This document shows positions 54,841 to 64,000 of a DNA stretch of 64,000 bases, one piece after another. The number at the start of each line of letters is the position of its first letter. Positions within the stretch are counted from its first letter, which is position 1. Source of the stretch: Octopus vulgaris (Eukaryota); contig OX597818.1 of NCBI GenBank assembly GCA_951406725.2, positions 102,114,001 through 102,178,000 of the forward strand, in the 5' to 3' direction. The position numbers and the translations under genes were made by a program. The notes beneath the pieces are model-generated. The model made no database searches, was not told the origin of the DNA, and saw only the letters and a list, made by a program, of their open reading frames with translations.

Positions 54841-55774
54841 TTTATAACTATTATTAAAATTATAAATTAGGATGCCTCAGAGATACCACAATGCTTGTAA
54901 TAGCAGTCAAAACCTGAATCTAAAACCCTATCATGTATTCAAAACAGTGCAGGGTGAAAAGACAAATATATAAATAAACTAGTAAAAATTGAATAATACC
55001 AGACCCTAGGTATCTAACTCTGTATAAAAATAGTTTGCCTTCATCGATGAAATGTACCAATAATTGTACATAGCTATATATACACACCACATTCGCATGC
55101 TTACATATACGCACACCTTTAATCAGATATTTGTACGTATATACACGAGTCTCTTTAACTTATTTGATTAATATATTTATATACATATATACATATATGT
55201 AAGTATATATATATATATATGTATATAAATATATATATGTATATATGTATATATATATATACACATATATATACACCAATCTATATTTCTCTCTCTATAT
55301 GTATACGTACATATCTACACGTACAAACACGCATATATAACACTACAGAGAGAGAGACAGACAGAGAGAGTCATGCCAACGTACATACACATACGTACAT
55401 TATAAATAATTGTAGCAGCAGCGCCAAGTGTTTTTCATGTTTATTGATTATATAAATCCTCCAGCCCAAAGCATGTATATCTACACTTCATTTTCAATTT
55501 AGTGCGGTAAAATAGAATGTCAGGACAGGTGCAAAGGGAAGTGAAGGTGACGAAATATTGTAGAGATAATATCTGTTTATTTTCACTATGTGAATAGAAT
55601 AAAACCTGAATAGCTTAGAAGAATTTTTTTTTCTCTGTGGGAAGCACCCTCATAGATAATAGTTGGTCTGTTAGTAAGGGAATAAATTCGTTTTTACTGT
55701 AGGGAATAAATTCGTTTTTACTGTAGAATAATAAATTATTATAAATTTGATACATAAGGAAATGGGAAATCTGT

Positions 55775-55975
55775 GAGCTGGCAGAATCGTTAGCACGCTG
55801 GGCAAAATGTAGCATTTTGTCCGTCTTGAGATTCTATGTTCAAATTCCACCGGGACTAGCTTTGCCTTTCATCTTTTCATGTCGATGCAGCCAGTGCCAT
55901 TTGAGACATGGGTTTAATATAATCGACTTACCTTCTGCTCCGAACTTCCTGATAAAGTGCCGAAATGTGAAATCG
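55775..55975 (+). mobile_element. Degenerate OK-like SINE
   Basis: gagctggcagaatcgttagcacgctgggcaaaatg...gttcaaattcc. Confidence 0.75.
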
Positions 55976-56899
55976 ATATATCACGCAACGGATGAAATAG
56001 AAGGAAATATAAATGACATCCATTAAATCTAGCCACATGAAAGTTCATTTTCAAGCTGTGTCACCACTAATTCCCTAGTCTAGTAAACGAACGGAATGAA
56101 ACGGTTCTCTAATATATGTAGACATTTTCAGTGTGAGCGTTAAAATCACGCTCATTTATCTGACTGACTGAAAAGTGTTTAGAATTGCAAAGAAAATAAC
56201 TCTATTTACTCAAACTAATATTTCTGAGATTGTTCAGAAGCGCTACTAAAACAAAATAACAATGTCACATTTTTTTTTGACAATTTAGCTATGAAAACTA
56301 TCACGTCATCTGTTTTATCAGATGCAGATTTATTCTCAGCCATGTAAAATCTTCACACAGCTGGTGATGTATTACCTGATCGCACATGTGATCGAGTGTG
56401 AAAGTAGGTTAGTATACACGCGTAATTTTGTGACTGCATTGAATACAGGATTAATTTGAAAAGTTAAAGATGATAAAAATAATATTTTATATGATAAGGG
56501 AAGGAACGGGAATATAGGATACAAGTTTGAGAGTGTGGGATTGCGTGTGCGTTTGCTTGTGCTTGTGTGGCAGTATGTTTGTGACTGTAGGTATGAATGT
56601 GTTTGCGTGTGTGTGTGTGTGTGTGTGTGTCTTTCTGTCTGTCTAAGTGTTTAAAATGAAAAGCAGGAAAATTAACTACATTCCTCCAAAGATTATGGAA
56701 TTTAAGAGAATATCAAAATATGATTCTGATAAACGAAAGAAGACTTGTAATATCACTGAACTTTTGAAAAGTACTATTGCGAGAGATATTATATATTATA
56801 TACAGAATATTGTGGCGCTGTGCAAGCATGTTTATAGTTACTTAGTAGCATAAAATTAATTGCTTGTTGGCATTAAATGCAGAAGAGAGTAAAATATAC

Positions 56900-59230
56900 T
56901 AAGATCTGAAGAAAAGGAAAACACTGAACTCAAAAGCAGAGGGGATCGGCAACATAAAATGAACTAATATAAATCCTCGGTAACAAAATGCCAAAGGAAG
57001 CTAGGAGGTTATCCAGCGCAGGAAGTTTAGCAACTGAAAATAATACCCAGATGGTGTTCGGGAATATTCAATGTGCCATGAAAGGACTATTCAGCAGATG
57101 AGCATATTAACTAAAGATCTCACAGGAATCATGGTTGACAAAGGTCAAACCAGTAATATACAGGAAAGTAATATAACGCGACGAGCTGGCGAGTAATGTA
57201 AGGCGGCAGTAATAAAAGTTGGCGAGCTGACAGAAGCGTTAGCACGCCGGGCGAAATGCTTAGCGGTATTTCGTCTGCGTTACGTTGTGAGTTCAAATTC
57301 CGCCGAGGTCGACTTTGCCTTTCATCTTTTCGGGCTCGATAAATTAAGTACCAGTCACGCACTGGGGTCGATGTAATCGACTTAATACCTATGTCTGTCC
57401 TTGTTTGTCCCCTCTGTGTTTAGCCCCTTGTGGGTAATAAAGAAATAGGTATTTCGTCTGCCGCTACGTTCTGGGTTCAAATTCCGCCGAGGTCGACTTT
57501 GCCTTTCATTCTTTCGGGGTCGATTAAATAAGTACCAGTTACGCACTGGGGTTAATATAATCGATTTAATCCGTTCGTCTGTCCTTGTTTGTCCTCTCTG
57601 TCTTTAGCCCCTTGTGGGTAGTAAAGAAATAGATATTTCCTCTGCCGTTACGTTCTGAGTTCAAATTCCGCCGAGGTCGAATTTGCCTTTCATCCTTTCG
57701 GGGTCGATAAATTAGATATCAGTTACTGGGGTCGATGTAATCGCCTTAATCCATTTGTCCACGTTTGTCCCCTCTGTGTTTAGCCCCTAGTGGGCAATAA
57801 AGTCTCAAGGTTTTTCACAACTTCAGGCCTATATCCTTATCTGTCTATCCTATTGAGGCTAAGTTCTAGATTACTGGCAGATGAAATGTACGTGTTCTTG
57901 GACCAGAGTAACGTTTTAACGGAAGAAAAATGGTGCAGATCTGGATAAAGAGGAGGTAATTATCAACTATTGATAGATAAGACTGTGCTGAAAGTTTGCG
58001 AAAGGAGCAAAACCAACTAAGATACGGCGTGGATAGACTACGAGAAGGAATATGATCCGCTTCCTTATACGAGGGTTCTGAACAGGCTCAGAACATGACA
58101 CTGCACATAATATCGTGAATCTATTGAACTGAAGTGTGGATGGATGGAGTACTGAAAACACTTCGGGGAGTCTTAGGATTTGTGAACTGTATTGTGTATG
58201 GTACGACTGATTTTGACTATGATTACGACGGAAGGTGCAGTTCAAGGAAGGAAATATATGATCGATTGTTTCCCTTATATGGGAAATTTGAATTAGTATG
58301 AGATGACAAGCAACTGAAGTCACTGATTCAAGCAATTCATTGCTTTAGCGCAGATATCGTTAGAATTCGGGCTGGAGATTTGTGGAATATTGTTTCTAAA
58401 AGAACGTATAATACAAGAGGGCGGTGTAGAGAGAATATACAAAGAATGGCACGGGTAACTGAGAATATGAGCAGTAGAGGACTTGGTGGAAATCTACTTC
58501 AAGCAGATATTCTCTTAAGAATATCATACAAGGCAGAAAGAGATATTGAACACTATACCGAATGACAAAGTATTTGAAAGCAACAAATTCATTAACATCA
58601 GCTCTGTTGAGATATGGCGCAGGTTTGTTGGGAAGGCGAATACAGGACCTTCAATCCTCGGCTAAAAGGAAGAAAAGCTACTGATAATACACGGTCTGTT
58701 CCATCCGAAAATTGATGCTCACAGCTTCGCCTTACCAGAAGAAAAGTGGGAGGGAAATGGTAAGTTGTGAAGATTGTATTCAGGCATAGGAAAGCAATAT
58801 TGCTTAGTATATAAAGAACGGACACATTATTTGTACAAGTAAAAGAACGGACACATTAAATGACAAGTAAATGACGCATACGCAGTCGGGTGAGGATAAA
58901 TTACAAACTAGAGAGAGGAATGAAGAGGGAAGCAATTAGAAAAATAAAATGGACGGTTAGGTCTAGAAAGAGACAACAAAGAACAAGTAAAAAATATGGC
59001 TGTGCTTACAAAAAGCGACCTGATAACTGAAACGGAGTTCTTGATATATGCAGCTATGCAATAACCATTAAGAACAAATTGTATCAAGCCCAAAATTGAC
59101 CATTCGGCAGAATCAAACGAAAATAGAAATAAAGTCTTGCATATTTTAAGCGAATGCTGTAAATTGGTTTGGGTATATTACATGAGAACACAGGGCAATG
59201 CCCCAGACTGGGGACTATGTAACAAGTTCA
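56900..59230 (+). pseudogene. Decayed R4/Dong-like non-LTR retrotransposon, interrupted by a SINE
   Basis: Fragments WLTKGQT, NFRPIS, LLADEMYVFLDQ..WCRSG*RGGNYQLLIDKTVLKVC..TAWIDYEKEYD, KLLIIHGLFHPK, ETEFLIYAA..LRTNCIKPKID and HILSECCKL are collinear with the R4/Dong ORF. Confidence 0.75.
57221..57801 (+). mobile_element. OK-like SINE with three tandem ~180-bp body units
   Basis: GTTCAAATTCCGCCGAGGTCGA occurs three times (~57291, 57476, 57659). Confidence 0.92.
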
Positions 59231-59460
59231 GAAAAAGAACAAAGAATGGCGTGAGCTTTAGCTACATGGTGCGGTAGAAGATGGCAGTTTAGAGGATTTG
59301 GTACTTGATGATGGAGTTTTATATTAGAATAGGTTAAATGACTTCTGCTACATGGCATGGTCGCTCAATCAATTCCTTGCGAGTGAATTCGGCAGACTGA
59401 GACTCTGTGCACGCACACTGGATATTTGCGAAGGTGTGCTTATGTGTATTTGTATCTATT

Positions 59461-59494
<34 letters not shown>

Positions 59495-59526
59495 TGTATG
59501 TATGTATATCTATCTATCTATCTATT

Positions 59527-59559
<33 letters not shown>

Positions 59560-61924
59560 CTGTGGGTATTTGTGTTATGTTTCTGTGCGTGTGCGCGTGT
59601 CTGTGCCAGTGGGTATGTGACTGTGACTGTGTCTGTGCAGTTTTGTGCGTGTACATATATGCATGCGCGTATATATACAAGTACTTATGTATGTCTATAT
59701 GCATATATGTGTACGTATGGGATTTCGCATGTTTGAACACACCTCCACCGGTTGGCAACAGGTATTGATATATTTACGTCCTCAACAGTACTAGAGCGAT
59801 CAGATCAACTGTTAAAACCTTTATGGCTGAGATTATTGTTGTAAATATTATACTCTTTTACATTCATGTTGTATATATGTATGTCTGTATGAAAAGAGAT
59901 ATGTAAATAATTTACTTGTGTGTATTCATATAAAATCACCGGGTGTATATTTCTAATGAAAGACAAAATACTGAAGAAAATGCTTCCCTCATCTTTGCAG
60001 AAAAGTATTAAAATTTTGTAAGTGATCATATTTTCTCTAGATGGACCCATCATTTTGAGGCACAAAAGCTGAAGTTTTATTTCGACTCTGCTTCTCTAGC
60101 CTGCCGGTTAGTTACTGCCACCTACAAGTGCGAAGTATAAATTATATTACATTAATATTTGTTCTTTAAATTAGAATGTCCATATGTCATTTTATATTGT
60201 ATATTGATATTTGTATATTGCTTAAAAAACATTTTACTGTCGGTATCTCATAACGCTAAATTAATTTACAGTGCATAAAAGTACCAAACCTAAAATATAT
60301 CTAATTTTATTCTATTTTCTATGAAAATTGATTAGCAGAAACGAGGTGGCTAATTGGTAATTCACAGCTCCAAATTTTAAGCAACTAATTATAATATTGT
60401 ATTTTATTACATGCTGAGTTCCCGTTCATCAATTAAAAAATTCTTTCGTTTTTGTATCTGTTTGGCGGGCTTCACAGTGTGTACTGTGATTTATCTTCCT
60501 TCTCTTTTAGTCTCTAGAATATTATAAATTATTAGATATCAGTTAGAGACGATTCTCTTTCGTAATTGTTATTCGCACAACATGTAGCTACATTAGCAAG
60601 TCGGGTTTTTTAAATCCTCTTTTTTTTTCCAATTTCATTTCTCCGTTCTTATTATTCCAACTGATTTTCTTCTAACACAACTTTCGATATATATTTGTTT
60701 GCTTGTGGTATGTCAGAATCATTAGTATGTATTAGTATGTTCAAGTTCTTCCTATCGCACATGCTCCGATACTACTTCTAAGTAATACCTTGAACGTCTA
60801 ATATTTATGCTAAAGGCAATATTTAAGTTATTACTTAAAGATATTACTCACTGCGATTATTACTAAGTTGCTTTCTTTCTTAGTTAGAAGACATTTAGAG
60901 ATTAATCACATGAATATCTATAGTTAAATCATTGCAAAATTCATTAACATCTACATATCACGCATTTTTATATTTCATTCCATTATATAATTTCTTCAGC
61001 ATCAGATTTATATATATTGGGATAGAAATCATGACCGTTCTTTATGAAAGTGTCCGCACATTTTCTTTGTCTATCCTTTTCATTTTTGTAAACTTTTACT
61101 GGAATATAATTTGCATCTTAATATACAGGTAACGGAAACTGTTGAGGCAAAATATCAGGAAATGCACACCAATTCCTGCTTAGTGAACAGAATTAATTAT
61201 ACAGTACAACCGCAGTTTCAAAAATAATAATAACAAAATTGCTTAGCACTGTTTTTGAAGCAAAGATTGTCTCGAAAATATTTTTCCTTTTATAATTTAT
61301 ACACACTTTGAGATTGAGGAAATTAATGAATTGACTGAACAGAAATACCATAGAATAAAAAGACTTCACATATTGGAAGTATATACTATTTATACTCGTG
61401 GTTATAATGAAGTATTAAAAATACAAAATCAAGTCTTCTTACCATCGGATTTAGAGTCACCCAATATTATCCAAAAACAAAAGTATACTTACTCGTTCCA
61501 ACACATTACATGAGAGACGGTAAAATAATCACTAAATAGAAAAGATTTGTTATCTCTTCTATAGGTCGATATGATCATCATGTCCATACTTTTTACATGT
61601 AAATGTTTCGAAAATCTACGACTATTTCAAAGATATTTCAGAAATTGGAAAGATTAAATCAAATTAAATTTGAAATATTTATCAGTCTGCTGTCATGATT
61701 GGATTTAGAATTCAAAGAGCTTTATTTAGTAAACTTGAGAATATTTGCATGCTTCGGGTCTCCTACAACAAAAGAAAATTTGATTTCAAACTTCTAATTA
61801 AGATAATTTAAAGCAGCTGTTTAGAATTTATGTTTTTTGTTTTTTGTATAAAATTTCTGCGAAGTGTTCTAATGTAGTCAGAAAATAATTTAGTCCTAAT
61901 ATTTTCGCACAAAACGAGTAACAT

Positions 61925-62088
61925 TGGATGACGGGTAATTCGATTTCATCGACCTCAGTACGCAACTGGTACCTATTTTATTGACCACGAAATGATGAAA
62001 AGTAAAGTCGACCTCGGCAAAATTTGAACTCAGAATATCAAGACAGATGAAATGCCGGTAAGTATTCTTCGCTCTCGGCTCGCCGCCA
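61925..62088 (-). mobile_element. Degenerate OK-like SINE
   Basis: aaagtcgacctcggcaaaatttgaactcagaa...ctcgccgcc. Confidence 0.75.
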
Positions 62089-62556
62089 AAATTCAGTCCT
62101 TGTATATTAAAAGTTCCAGGTTAAATAATTTGGTTTAACTGCTAACAATTACAAACAGAAATATGTGAATATATTTAAAGCATTAAGAGTGATATTTTCA
62201 GGCATCTGAAAAGAGAGTTTCAGTTGTAGATATAGCATGTAATTGTCATCTTCCTTCATGTTAAGCCGTTGCGAAACACAGCAAGAATATGGCAAAATAT
62301 TTGCCATATTTTTCATTTTCATGACTAAAATTTATTGAATAAATTCATGTTCGGTTCATTCGTAATATAACAGGGATTAAAATAACTTCCATTGTGTACG
62401 TACACACACACCCACTCACATGCGCGCGCGCCTCCACACACACACGCATAAACACATATATGTATGCATACGTATGTATGTACATGTACTTAAATATATA
62501 TATAGTGAGGATTTATAAAAAAAGACGGAGACGAGTGTGTAAACAACAGATGTAAC

Positions 62557-62613
<57 letters not shown>

Positions 62614-62674
62614 GAATTTATAAAAAAAGACGAAGACGGATATGAAAACAACAAACAGATGTAACAATTATATG

Positions 62675-62730
<56 letters not shown>

Positions 62731-62848
62731 GGTGTGTATGTACGTGTGTTTGTATAAGCTCACACAAATACACACACGCACAGATATATATAAATACATA
62801 TGTTTATTTAAATACTACATGCATATATGTATATATAAATGTATATGA

Positions 62849-62879
<31 letters not shown>

Positions 62880-63771
62880 TACATATATATATGTATGTAC
62901 ATTTATATACATGCATACATACATATGCACATCAACACATTTAAATGCACACATATTGGTGTATATACACATACACATGTGACAATATCATTTGTAATTT
63001 AATCCTTTCAAAAGGAGTTGTTTACGTCAAGTGCTATATCATATTCTTGTAGAGTTTTGAATTTAATTTCCTCATTCATTACCATCGTAAAAAGATTATA
63101 ATTACTTAGATATAATGAAATAGTAAATATTCTACGCTGTGTATCACGATGTAATCACTGAAGGTTGTAAAATCTTGCAAACATACTTCAACCATATGAT
63201 ATTTTCCGAAAGTGCATCACGTTCAGAAAGGAAAGAAAACATCGAAAGATTTCTCAAAGACAAATTGAACATCTTTATTTGAAGGAATAAATATTAAATT
63301 CTTATCATACTTCACATTTTAAATTGAGAATGTACATTTGACAATCAGACATATATGAAGTGGCTAACATATTTAGTTCCCATCTATTATTGTATATTTG
63401 ATATATGTATGTATATATATTCACACACTATAGAAACCCAAATGCAAATTTATAGGTAAGTTTAATACTACTACTGGATAGCACTGTTTGATATCTGAAG
63501 TAGGACCAGATTTATACTTTACTCTACTACGTTCTTAACAGAGCAAACCATGACTATACAGTTATATATATATACTATAAAGCAAAACCTAACCACTTAT
63601 AACTTTCTGTTCCTTTTAAACCAAATTATGTTTAATTAATCAAGCCTAGTCATTCCCAACATTTTTGATTAGCTCCCTTATACCGGAAAAATCCCCGATT
63701 AACTTCCCCTGCCTGGAGCTCCATATTTCACAACATAGCGAAGGCATGACAATATATACGTAAAGAAATTT

Positions 63772-63810
63772 GAGAAATTTGAAGAGAAAATACGAAACCG
63801 GTTATTTCTC
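63772..63810 (+). ncRNA. Degenerate minimal hammerhead-like motif
   Basis: GAGAAAT TTGAAGA g-aaaata-c GAAA ccgg TT ATTTCTC. Perfect 7-bp stem I, C3U core change, stem II nearly lost. Confidence 0.55.
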
Positions 63811-63889
63811 CAAAAACTATGTTACTATATGCAAAATATTATAACATCTTTCTAACATAACTATTTAAATTTATTCTTTAACTATATAT

Positions 63890-64000
63890 CAGGTGGTAGT
63901 GGCCATTAACACGCAAATAGTGAGCGGTGTTCCGCAGGGCACTGTTCTGGGACCACTACTGTTCATAATGGCCCTCTCAGACATGCCCTCAACCACGCAG
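63890..64000 (+). mobile_element. 5'-truncated non-LTR RT fragment running off the window
   Basis: QVVVAINTQIVSGVPQGTVLGPLLFIMALSDMP contains the RT motif GVPQG.VLGPLLF. Confidence 0.85.

Noticed and set aside
59967-60010. aata CTGAAGA...GAAA ag tatt hammerhead-like motif
   Set aside because: No stem III or UH site and a poor stem II.

Overview
Eukaryotic, very AT-rich intergenic or intronic DNA with dense microsatellites. The tRNA-derived SINE families resemble octopus OK and OR types, which suggests a cephalopod, probably Octopus (inference from recalled consensus sequences). I could not support any intact host protein-coding gene, and nearly all listed ORFs are translations of (TA)n/(CA)n/trinucleotide repeats. 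The coding relics are mobile elements: a 5'-truncated Penelope-like element (GIY-YIG ORF at 25857-26963), a second Penelope remnant, a CR1/L2-like RT inserted into an RTE LINE, an R4/Dong-like LINE relic, two or three Tc1/mariner relics and a Helitron N-terminal relic. The main finding is a near-identical ~493-bp tandem array (33432-36072) that switches orientation at ~35003. Every full unit contains a type I hammerhead ribozyme with a long G.U-rich stem II, so the array looks like a retrozyme (non-autonomous, ribozyme-bearing retroelement) able to yield ~493-nt monomer or circular RNAs. About ten further hammerhead motifs, intact to degenerate and from unrelated repeat families, are scattered through the window, several in Penelope-like 3' ends. 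All RNA structures were folded by eye and no searches were run.
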